From the NCBI GenBank assembly GCA_002245135.1, contig NGBS01000004.1:186001-250000 (forward strand): DNA of 64,000 nt, written 5' to 3'. Made by a program: the position numbers and the translations under genes. Of the stretch, positions 51,009 to 63,029 are shown piece after piece; the first letter of the stretch is position 1; each line of letters begins with the position of its first letter. Under the pieces are notes generated by a model. It did not search any database. It was not told the DNA's origin and saw only the letters and a list, made by a program, of their open reading frames with translations. Source of the stretch: Proteromonas lacertae (taxonomy: Eukaryota).

Positions 51009-53711
51009 ATGGATGATTTTATAATAAGTTCTAATGTATTGTTTCTTATTTATGATGTCATTAGAAAATGAAGCGATCCAGTTCAAAATCACAAAATAAA
51101 GAACCTAAAGCAAAGAAAAAGAAAATTGTATGTAATTAGAATATTATATCCCTAGAGTAATACATTAGATAGTTTTTTCAATGTTGAATCATCTTCCATT
51201 TCATCAAACTCTCAATCTCCTGTATGATTGTTTATTAATTATAGTTTAGAATATAATTGATCTAGAAAATGGAGATAATGACTTTATTGATAAATGTATC
51301 AGTAATAAAGAGGAAGTTGTAGAAATTGATGAAGATAAAATAGTTCCAATGTTTCTAACGAAGGAACAAAAGAAGAGAAAAGCTCTAAAAGTGCTACAGC
51401 AAGAGAGAAATGAACTGCAACAAAAAGACAAAGAAATATTTGGTGTTGCAAATAATGATTTCTTTAAAGAAAGAGATAAGTCTAATCCATAGTATATATA
51501 TATATTCATATATAATAATAATAATAATAATAATAAATAGTACAAATATATTATCTACAATTACACTTCAACCTAAGAATTCTAAGTGGTATAATAATAA
51601 CTCATATTATTACAATGATAATGATGGAATAAAGAACATGAAACCAATACAAATGACTAATATAAACATATACAAGAGTACAATATTAATAGATGAATCT
51701 TATTGGATTAAACAAAGAGATAATATGGACATTTCTTCATCAGATTTGTATAATAATAATTATAATTAGTTATAGAAATAAAGAAGTAATTCAAACATCA
51801 CTCGAAAAATATGAATTAACAAAATACCATACAAAATCCAATAACAATAGTAATATTTGTACAATACCTCACTTATGGTTTCAAAGTTATCAACACCATA
51901 ATAATATTCATTTACCTGATCAATCTTATGTTGCATTCAAATCATGGCTTGAAGAGTGGAAAGGGTTTTATGAAAAAGAAAAGAATAAAGAAAATGATAG
52001 TAATTATAATGATGATGATGATGAATATATGTTAGAAGAAATGCCTTCAAAAATATTTTATATTTACGGTGAAATATCATCCTATAAAACTGTAACAATT
52101 ACAGACATAGCGAAGAGTTTAGAATATGAAATATTGACATATGGAAGTGATTGTTGTAGATCGAAAGATAAGTTAATGAAAGAAGTGAAAGAAGCAATTC
52201 AATGTAAATCAATATTCTCAATGAAGAAAAGTAGAAAACAAAAAAGTCCATCAAAATCCAATAATAAATTGAAAAATAAAGAAAAATCTAAAGATAATAA
52301 AAGTATAATAAAGAATAAAAATACTAAACCAAAACTTATATTATTTGAAGATTGTGATTTTGTAAGTGAAGTTGACAATGGATTTTATTCTTCTTTACAA
52401 ACTATTATAAATGATACTCTTTGTCCAATAATATTCACTTCAAATAATCTATGTGAATTTGTTAGTAGAAATGCGCATTCTGTTTTACGTAGTTATAGAT
52501 ATAATGATGTTATTATTTACGAATATGTTAAGAAAATGATGAAAGTTCATAATATAGATCTATCTGAGAAGTTGTTTTATGTTTTATATGATTATTATGG
52601 TAAAGATATAAGAAAATTACTCAATAATTTCCAATTATGGATGAATAATAATGATATAAATGGAAATATACTGTGGAATTGTATAATAGGATTTAATCCA
52701 TTATCTATTAATAATACAAATCATTTAATTCATTTAACCATTGACAGTTTTGATAAAATAGAGAGATATGAAACTTTGACAAGAAATTATTATAATCTGT
52801 TTAATAGTAATATAATAAAGAGTAATGAAATGCCAAAGTATGAAATTACCATTATTTCACCTGAACATATATATTGTATGAATACTGAAACAATTACTAT
52901 ATTTGGTAGTAATTTCGATGATAGAATAAAAGCTATATTGTTTGATGACTATCAAGTAACTGACTTTATATTAAAAGATAGTGGCAATATAGAAATAACA
53001 TTAAAACCTGAATCTTTACAGTGTTGTAGATATTATCATGTCAACTTCTTACTGTCTGATGGATCTTTATTTCCACAATATCCAAACACATATCATCATA
53101 TATTCTTTGTTATTCATAGTTGTGAAGATGAAAAAGAATTGATTAAAGAAAGAAGAGAAGATTTTGAAGAGGATAAAATAGAAGAATTTGAAGATGATAG
53201 AAGTAATAATAAGAGTGAAAAATTGCATATTATTCCAACTCCTTTTCATCATTTTAATATAAGAAAGAGACAATCAAAACAGAATAATGAGATTGTAGAT
53301 ATCAAAGATTTGGATGAAATTAGTAAATTTAGTGATATGTTAAGTGTTATTAATACATTTGAATATGATGAAATTAGAGATTATAAAATGAAAGAATATG
53401 AAGAATATGTTTATAGTAATATAATGAAAGTTAATATAAACAATTATATAAATCCCAACTTAATTCCACAATATATGTCTAGTAGAACAAAATTACATTC
53501 ATTAGAGAAAGTGAAGACTAATTATGTTGATATAAATAACCTTTTTACTAATAGGAATGAGAAAGTTGATTATATTAGTTCATTTAGATCAATCTCTTAT
53601 ATTGCTCAACATGATCATTGCAGTTATCACAATGATGTATTGGTTGATTATGACTTGACAAATGAAAATTATGAGTTTCTCTCTAATAGATACTCTCAAT
53701 TTGTTGATTAA
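51009..53711 (+). CDS. ATAD5: ATAD5/Elg1-like RFC-family PCNA unloader subunit
   Basis: Degenerate Walker A YIYGEISSYKT; LILFEDCDFV...DNGFYSSL; CPIIFTSN; KDIRKLLNNFQLW; PIP-like NTLDSFF in a 5' micro-exon. Confidence 0.72.
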
Positions 53712-53820
53712 TTCTCTATTTTGTTTTTGTTTGATAATTTTACCCATGATATAAAACAATACTTATAAATCAATTAAATAAATTATAAATAAATAATTAG
53801 CTACAAAATGATTCACTAAA

Positions 53821-54629
53821 TTACATTATAACACAATCATCATTGTTTCTATTAACATGTTTACGAGTAACTCCACTCTTACCTTTTTCTATAGTTATAT
53901 TGGTATTCAATTTTCCAATATATCTATAAACTAATATGAAATCATTCTCAGAAAAAACCATTTTGTATTCCAAACCACTATACCCTAAAATCTAATCAAG
54001 TGTAAATGGAAATTTATACTGTGAAGAAATTGTCAGGTGATATACTTAGAGTATTTGAAAAAACTTGTAGTCCTGTGTAAGATATTAGTGCTATGGTTAA
54101 AATATATAATGTATTGTAAATATACAATCCCTATTACCATGTATTGATACTTTATAATGTGATAGTAGTAGTTTAAACATATTTGAAGAATTTAATTCGA
54201 GAAACGGAGACAATCTATATGAAAACATATTAATTAAGTGATAATACAGATTCTCTTGTGATGCTGCCAAAAATTGTATCATAAGAAATGTATCACTTAA
54301 AGAAACAAAACCTTCACTGTCACATATCGATGAATAAAGCTCTAGAATTCTAAATTCAGGTATTGTAAATAGCGAATGTAGGATTTCATAAAAGACAAGT
54401 TGTGATATCTTTTCAATCTTTTCATCTGAAGACGAGCCTATTCATCTATTACATATTATTATACCTTGTTGCTTTCTTTCACATTTTGCTATATAATGAT
54501 TTATTCTTTCTGTCCCTTTCTCAGAAATTATTAACGAATAGTCTATATTTATATTTAATACTCTATACATGATGGAATTTGTTTATCAGTTACAATATTC
54601 AGTATTTTACCCAATTTGGCAGTATTCAT
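53821..54629 (-). CDS. EFCAB9-like degenerate EF-hand protein with C-terminal CaaX (about 220 aa, 6 exons)
   Basis: Five GT-AG introns restore one frame from MNTAKLGKIL to ...NDDCVIM-stop. ISQLVFYEILHSL and FLMIQFLAASQENLLSPFLELNSSNMFKLL resemble EFCAB9 as I recall it. Confidence 0.6.
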
Positions 54630-54747
54630 ACCGATTATAAAACAAAAACGATAAGAATAAATATAGTCGTTTCAGGACAGTTTTTTAATTTTTGGTTTTT
54701 GATCATTGCTTATAGATAGTTTAAGATAAAATAAAATAGAATTTCAT

Positions 54748-57700
54748 ATGGGAAAGCTAAGTGAAGCTTGTAAAAAAGGAGATATTGATGAAGTCAAGCA
54801 ATTAATCGAAAATGGGGAGGATATAAACGAAAAGGATACTTCTGGCTCAGCGCCATTACATCACGCTGTATTTTAATAATATTTATTAATACAGGTTTGG
54901 CATCACAGAGTTGAGATAGTTCAAATATTGCTAGATGCACAAGCTGATCCTAATGTATATATTATTGCAATAATTATAATATAAAGATTCAAAATTTTAA
55001 AGGTAATTCACCTCTTCATTTTGCTAATGAAAAGGGTTTCCGTGATCTAATAGAACTTCTTGAGAATTATGGTGCACAATCATTACCAAATGTAGCAGGC
55101 GAATATCCAGATGACCGTCTGCCAGAAGTGTTAAACAAAAAATTAGCAGCAAAAGAAAAAAAAACAATTCAAATAAGCACCAGGTGATTTATGTACAGCT
55201 TGTAAGAAAGGAGACTTTAAGAAAATCAAGCTATTAGTAGAAAATGGTGCAAATGTAAATGAAAAAGATACATCAGGTTCTACTCCGTTACATCATGCTG
55301 TATATTATTAATATTGATGTATATATAGGCATGGTGGTTAAGATATGATATATGTAAATATTTACTAGATAATGGAGCAGATGTTAATCCACCAAACTTC
55401 AAAGGAAATACACCTCTACATTTTGCCTATGAAAAAGATAATAAAGAATTAATCGATTTATTCAAAGAAAATGGAGCTGTAGAAGTAGCAAATGCCAGTG
55501 GAGAAACACCAGAAAGAAGAAGAAGTATAGCAAGGAAGTTGAAAGATCCAAATCAAAGAAAATCCATGACAGGAAATATAGATCAATTAAATACTAAATA
55601 TGGTATTGTGGGAATGGGAATATTATCACAGTCCAGTAAGAAAGGTGAAATTGATAAAGTTAAACAGTTAATAGAAAGTGGATGTAATGTTAATGAAACT
55701 GATAATACAGGTAGTACACCACTCCATCATGCTGTATTTATATGTATTATTGTTATTGTATTTATAGGTATGGTATAACCGATTGACTGTTGTAAAAATA
55801 TTATTAGATAATGAAGCAAATCCGAATGTATACCTTTATTTATTCATTTATTTTTTAGCAACAAAACCATAGTGGAAATACTCCATTACACTTCGCTTAT
55901 GAGAAACAATATAATCCGATTATAGAGTTATTAGAATCACGAGGTGCATCTAAAGAGATAAAGAATAATCAAGGACAAACACCACCAGATAAAGCTCCTG
56001 AAAAGAAGAAAGAATCTTCCCCATCCAAACCAGTCAAAATACAAGTCAAACCTCAAGATTTATCCACTGCAGTGAAGAATAATGATATTGATAAAGTAAA
56101 GCTATTGGTTGAAAATGGAGCTAACGTGAATGAGAAAGATAAAAGTGGTTCTACTCCTTTGCATCACGCTGCTTGGATAAATGCTATTGATATCATGGAG
56201 TATTTATTAGAGAATAAAGCTGATCCAAATGTATAAATATATAATTAATTATTATTTTTATATAGGCTCAAAATTTAAAAGGAAATACACCACTTCATTT
56301 CTTATACGAAAAACAGTATTTAAAAGCAATTGAATTATTAGAAAAAAATGGAGCAAAATCAATGAAAAACAGATTCAATAAATATCCCAAGGATTTAGTA
56401 GTAAATCAGCAGATTTCAGAATCAGAAAACAGAAGAAAAAGTGTATTAAAAGAAAAAGAAGTAATAGAAAAAGGTGTATTAAGTTCAGCTGTTAAAAAAG
56501 GTGATATTGAATTAGTCAAAGACTTACTAACAAAGAAAGTTGATATAAATGAAGTAGATATGTCTGGTTCAACTCCTCTTCATCATGCTGTTTGGTATGG
56601 AAGATTTGATATTATAAAATTACTATTGGAAGCAGGAGCAGATGTAAATGTATTTATTTATATATATTCCCTTTTTTTTATTTATATTTATTTAGATTCA
56701 AAATATAAGAGGAAATGTTGCATTACACTTTGCCTATGAAAAACACAACACTCCAATCATTGATCTACTAAAAGAACATGGTGCAAAAATGTTACGAAAC
56801 TGTAATAATGAAACACCTGAAATGGCAGGTAAACCAAGGAGAAGATCATCTGTTATAAAGAAAGTAGTTTACCAGAAAGGACAATTAGTACAAGCAGCAA
56901 AGTTAGGTGATTCTGTATTAATAAGACAGTTGATAAGTAATGGTGGAAAAGTGAATGAAACAGATGTGAATGGATCTACACCACTTCATCATGCTGTATA
57001 TAATATATATTATAGTAATTATGGTTTATATATTTGATTAGGCTTGGTATGGTAAAATAGATGCTATTAAAACACTCTTAGATTGTGGAGCTGATATAAA
57101 TGCACAGAATTATAGAGGTAATACAGCATTACACTTTGCTTTTGAAAAAGACAATGAAGAATTAATCGATTTATTGATCTCCAGAGGTGCAATAGAGAAA
57201 GAAAATTCAATGAATAAATATCCAAGTGATTGTTCTCCTAATAAACCAGCATTACCTTCACCCACTAATAGAACACAGAATGAAATGAAACTATTGGATG
57301 CTGTAGATAATAGGAGAAAGAATGAAATGATTCGTCTGTTAGAAAGAGGTGTAGATTGTAATTGTTTTAGATATGATGGTTCAACTCCATTGATTATTGC
57401 TGTTAATAATGATGATATTGAGAGTGTGCAATTGTTGTTGAAATATGGAGCAGATCCAAATGTATAAATATATTATTTATTTATAATAATTGATAGAAAT
57501 ATGATATAAATAAAAACACACCACTTCACATCGCCTATGACACTAACAATATTCCAATAATCACTTACTTAGAAGCAAATGGAGCAGTAAAAACAAGAAA
57601 CACAATGGGATTATATCCAGGTGATAAATTACCCACATTATGTCAAGCTACAAAGAGTGATAATGCAGAAATGGTTATTAAATTATTATCACTTCATTGT

Positions 57701-59348
57701 AATCCTGATGAAAAAGATGCTAAAGGAAGTACTCCTCTAATGCATGCAGCTTGGAATGGTAATTATGAAATTGCTTCTTTGTTATTAGAAGCTGGTGCAA
57801 ATCCAAATATTACAAATTTAAAGATGAATACTGCATTACATTTTGCCTGTGAAAGAGGTAATGATCATATTGTTGAGTTATTAGAAAGTTATGGTGCTAT
57901 TAGAATCACTAATTCACTAGGACTTAGACCAGGCTTTAAACCAGCAACAGAAGAATCGTCAAAGATATTAACTGCTTGTAAAGAAGGTAATGTTGATAAA
58001 GTAATAGAATTATTAGAAATTAACAACGCAGATCCAAATGAAAGAGATAGTAATGGTTCAACGTTATTGATGCATGCAATTACAATAGGAAGTATTGATT
58101 TAGTAAAAGTATTAATTACTCATGGTGCAGAAATAAATGCAATAAATTTTAGAAGAGCAACTCCATTAAGTTTTGCTTATGATGTAAATAATAAAGAGAT
58201 TATTGATTATTTAACTTTGTTAGGTGCAAGATTAATACCTGTAGCAGCTGATACACAACAATCTGTATAATTGTTATTAAATTATTATTTATAGAACAAT
58301 AAAAGAGATGCAATTTTGGATCCAATACAGATCCTTGATTCTTATGATGCTGCAAGAGCAACAAGTCAATTTAAAGACAGCTTATTACTCTTTCCAAATC
58401 CTTTAAAACCTTATATAGAAACAGCTCCAATCAATTATGAAGACAAATATCATATAATGACATTAGATGAATATATTCATAGAACTGAGAATTCACATTG
58501 TTTTCCATCCTATATTGATCCAGATGATAATTTTGAAGATTTTAATAAAAAGCCAAAAAGACCAACTTCAGCGAAAAAGACAAGTAATAAGAATTACAAT
58601 AAGAATGATTATAGTGATGAATTTGAAGATGGATCTTTGAGTTTTGATCAGTCCCAAGAGATGAGTATTCATCTATCAACAGTAGATGAAGATGATGAAG
58701 ATAATTGTAAATATAATAATAATAAATCACCATCCAATAGTAATAATAAAGATGATGGATTTTATGAAGACAATAATAGTAGAAAAATAATCAAAGAAGA
58801 AGACTCATTTCGTATTATATATTATGTAATATATATATATATATATATATATAGAACCATATTTTGATGGTGGTATTTTGTATTTAGATCCTTTGCCATT
58901 TGAAAATGAGTTATTTGAAGCTTGTACTGTTGGTAATATTAATTTAATCAGGAATATGGTATTAAATAATGCAGATATTAATATAAAGAGTGAAAGAGGT
59001 GGTAATACACCTTTGATGTATGCTGTAGGTAATGGATATAGAGATATTGTAAGGTTTCTATTACACTGTGGTGCAAATCCAAACGTATTTTATAATTAGT
59101 ATATATTATTCTAGTTTCGTAATAACTTTGGACAAAATGCAAAAGATTTAGCTCAAATATATAATCATAAAGGAATTTACAACATACTTTGTGGAAGAGA
59201 TGAATTGAATGATGTAAACCAACCCGTTCAACCTATTCAGTCATATTTATGGAATATATCTAACAATGATAAAACATATGCGCCTTACAGAAAACACAAA
59301 TCTCCTTTAAAAGCTAGAACTCAGACTAGAAGATTTAGATCATCATAA
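54748..59348 (+). CDS. Multi-module ankyrin-repeat protein (about ten 3-repeat modules)
   Basis: Repeated unit ACKKGD...GSTPLHHA...GNTPLHFAYE; many short introns; one extra base near 55175; stop TAA 59346-59348. Confidence 0.85.
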
Positions 59349-59664
59349 TTTCGTAATGTCTTTTATCAATAACTTTAAAAATGTTGTTTTTAAGAGTGTC
59401 CATAATCTAACATAGAAAGATCTCTTCCTCTGATGCTTTAAACTCAATTTCAACTTTCACACAGACACTATGGGTCCATTTTCAATAAATAAAATGTGAA
59501 ATTAGGTGATGGACTAGCTATTAACATTCACAAAAACAATAATTTAAAAAATTCTGTTTAGAGGCTTATAATAATATGAAACACTAATAAACAAAAGAAA
59601 AATCAAAATCATTTAATTCTTTTAGTTCTATTTAGCTCTATCATTTGATTTTTGGTCATTTGAC

Positions 59665-60756
59665 ATGAGCCAAGAAATAGTTGACCCTGGTTACGGTAAA
59701 TTTATTGTATAGTTTTAGTTTGTTGTTATATTTCTGATATAGCTTACAGAAAAAATCACAGATACAATCTGTGGAGAGATATGGAAGGTAAAATGGGTTA
59801 AATACCATGAAAAATGCGTATTAAAGATAGTTAATATAGTATGTTTTTCTCTTGATTATGTTTTTCTATAGGAAAAAAGTCTTACATGTGCTGAAGACCC
59901 TTATAAAGAAGCAAAACTAATAAGTTCTCTTAGCTGTCCTCGAATAGTCGAATCTTATGGTGCTTTTGAAAGTGAATTCCAATTTACAGAAGACACTACT
60001 CCTACAAAAGTATATGTTATAATATTACAAAATGTTCGAGGTGTGACCTTATTGCAGTATGTAAAAGAAAAATCTCATCGAGGCTGTGACTATTTTGAGG
60101 ATGCTGAGTTTAACGAACGTTTATTAATAATCTATGATATAATATTAGCAATAAAAGCATGTTATGATGAAAGAATTTGTCATAATGATATTACACTAGA
60201 TAATTTAATGTATATAGCTGGTACTAGAACTCAGTTAATTGATTTTGGTGTAGCTCAGCAATGTGAAACTAATGAATCGTTGATAAATTGCAGAAGTGGA
60301 AAACCTGGTTATTTGCCACCAGAATTTGACAAAGGTGATAATTACAGTGGATTTAAGAGAGATATTTGGGACTTAGGTGTAGTTACGTATATACTATTTT
60401 CAGGCAAAACGCTAGTATCTGATGAAGTAAAAATCCAAAGAAAATTACTGTCAAAATCCTTCAAAGATTATTGTTCAATTTATAATAAAAATGCATTAAA
60501 ATGGCCAAAAGAATTATATGACTTTGTATCAACTTGTTTAACTCCAGATCCAAATCAAAGACCATTAGCCAGTGATTTATTAACAAATCCATTATTTAAA
60601 ACATTAAGAAGATCTTATAAGAATAGAATGAAGAATTGGACTTATAAAATTGAGTCTAAGATTGGATTAAGAAGATCAAGAAGTTCTAATAGTTTACCTC
60701 CGATTGCTGCACCAATGTTATCTCCTAGAACTGGAGCAGATAGTAATAAAGAATAG
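59665..60756 (+). CDS. Ser/Thr protein kinase, CAMK-like
   Basis: CVLK, EDPYKE, CHNDITLDN, DFG, GKPGYLPPE, DIWDLGV; two 5' introns. Confidence 0.85.
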
Positions 60757-60917
60757 AAATCTATTAATCATTAAAAATAGTAAAATATAGAATAAGTAAG
60801 TTATGATCTATAACACATACATATATTTATTAAATAACGTTGAATAAATTGTTTTTCATTTTAATTGTATATATTTTTTGATGTTCAAATGATCATAATA
60901 AACAGCAAGAAGAAAAA

Positions 60918-61925
60918 TTAAGGAGTAATATCATAAATCTGTATAGATCCATCTTCACTACTTGAAACTAAACGATTTCCAATAGGACTATATGCAACAC
61001 ACCATACCTGATCAGGATGACAAGTAAATGAGTTCAACTGCTCTCTCGTAGTTACATCCCAAATCTTCATACTTTTATCACTTGAACCTGTAGCTAGATG
61101 TTTACCATCAGGACTTAAATTAATAGATAATATCCAGGATGCATGTGCTCCAAAGGATGCGAATGGATTTGATGTATTTTCGTTTAATTCATATATATTA
61201 ATATGTTGATCATCACTACCACTATATAATATATGAGAATCTGGTGAAAATTGTAAACTACGAACAGCATATTGATGACCAATCAAACGACTTAATATTT
61301 TATTAGTTCTAATATCAATAGTGTCAATTTTACCATCATAATGACCACAGGCTAAATAATTACCATCTGGACTATATGCAATACTTTGTACAAATGCACC
61401 TTCTGTTGCTATTGTTGTTTTAGTCCATTCATTTGTGCTAAATAGATTTACATTGCCAGTTTGAGTTCCTGTAGCAATCTGTTTATCATTAGGAGATATT
61501 GCTATTGTCCAAGATTGTACTGGACCTACTGCATAATCTTTAATTTGTTTTACTATAATAAAAAAATAAAACATCTATAAATACATGTCTCCATATCATA
61601 TAAACGAATATGTGAATCCATTGAACTAAAATACAATTTGCTATCATCATGAACTAATGCTAAAGATAGTATTCCAAAAAATGTTCCACCTACTTGATTA
61701 GATTTTTGATTTGCAGCATCATTCTGGTTATCCCATATATTGGGCCTATAATATCAATAAATTTCACATCTATACCATATTTTTATTGTTTCATCAACAG
61801 AACCTGATATTAAAATTGGGCTAGCCTCATTGTGACCCCAAGCAAGAGTCCAAATTGCATTTTTATGTGCATTAAATAAAGTTCGTGGCTTATACTAAGA
61901 GAAAATAAACAAAATAAAATACCAT
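60918..61925 (-). CDS. WDR61: WD40 protein WDR61/Ski8
   Basis: AHKNAIWTLAW, SGSVDETIKIW, GPVQSWTIAISP, FVQSIAYSPDG, HASWILSINLSPDG, HPDQVWCVAY; an intron follows the ATG directly. Confidence 0.85.
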
Positions 61926-62136
61926 TTTGATCAAGCTTGTGTTTGAGTGATGGATTATGATTGGTTAATTCTCAAAGATAAGCCAATCAAAAAGCAGAGG
62001 CTTGAGCAGAATAGAATTTATGTAACTATTTATTATAAATAATCGTTAGAAAAATCTATTTTGAAGAATCTTTACTATATTTATTATTTCTGTTTTAAAG
62101 AGTAGTATGAACATTTTTATATATAAGAATAGGTAA

Positions 62137-62890
62137 ATGTCTTCATCAGACGATGATTCAGAAACTGAAGCCATAGAAAGAACTATTTGTTCATTACCAG
62201 AATGTTTCGTATATAAGATTCCTCCAGCATCAAGCTCCGAAGGATATTATGCTTCTGGATGGAAAAAACAATTATGGAGTGGCCCTTTACGTATTATTGC
62301 AAAAGGTAAAGAATGCAGAGTTGAACTTTATAATTCAAATGATAATTCCATATTTGCCACATGCTACATAGAAGATGATCCTCCATCTGTTGAACCAGTA
62401 AAGGATAGTTCAAGATATTTTGTTCTTCGAATTGTAAATGAAAGAGGTAAGAAAGCTTATATCGGTATTGGTTTCCAACAAAGATCCGATGCTTTTGATT
62501 TCAATGTCACAATTCAAGATCATAAGAAACAAGCTGAAGAAGAAGATAATGAAGATGAAGAAGAAGAGGATGAAGAAGAAGATTTCAGTCTTGGCAAAGG
62601 TGAAAAAATTAGTCTTAGTGTTAATGTTAAAGGTTCAGGAGTATATATATATATTTATTTATTTATTTATCCTAATTTATTTAATCTAGGGTGGTGGTTT
62701 GAAAGAAAGAGGTCCAGTAAGTATTAAAGCACATGGTAGTGTATTAGCTCCACCACCACCAGCATCTGGTCGTAGTAGAGCTGCTAAATCTTCTGGTAGA
62801 AGTAAACCAAAGCCAAAAGCCTCAAAGAAGCGTAGAGACGAGGAGGAAGATGAAGATGAGGATGAAGGAGATGACTTTGATTTTATGTAA
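62137..62890 (+). CDS. NECAP: Adaptin ear-binding coat-associated protein (PHear domain)
   Basis: ECFVYKIPP, WSGPLRI, VEPVKDSSRYFVLRI, AYIGIGFQQRSDAFDFNV; intron 62641-62689. Confidence 0.92.
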
Positions 62891-63029
62891 TTAAAAATAC
62901 TAAAATTATTATGTTTTATTATTTTGGATATGAAAACCACAAAAAACATATTTCAACAATACTTATAAGGTATAAAATATAAATAAGAAATAATAATATT
63001 TACTTTATTTTTGTCAATTAACACAAGTG

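Noticed and set aside
55170..55190. Ankyrin gene as a pseudogene or two genes
   Set aside because: Removing one A at 55175-55176 gives TIQIAPGDL, matching KIQVKPQDL in another module; the rest of the gene is intact.
54748..58270. Regularly spaced repeats as a CRISPR-like or non-coding array
   Set aside because: The repeats are degenerate at synonymous positions and encode ankyrin motifs.
60175..60210. Kinase with HNDITLDN as a pseudokinase
   Set aside because: The beta-3 Lys, catalytic Asp and Asn, and DFG are all present, so inactivity is not supported.
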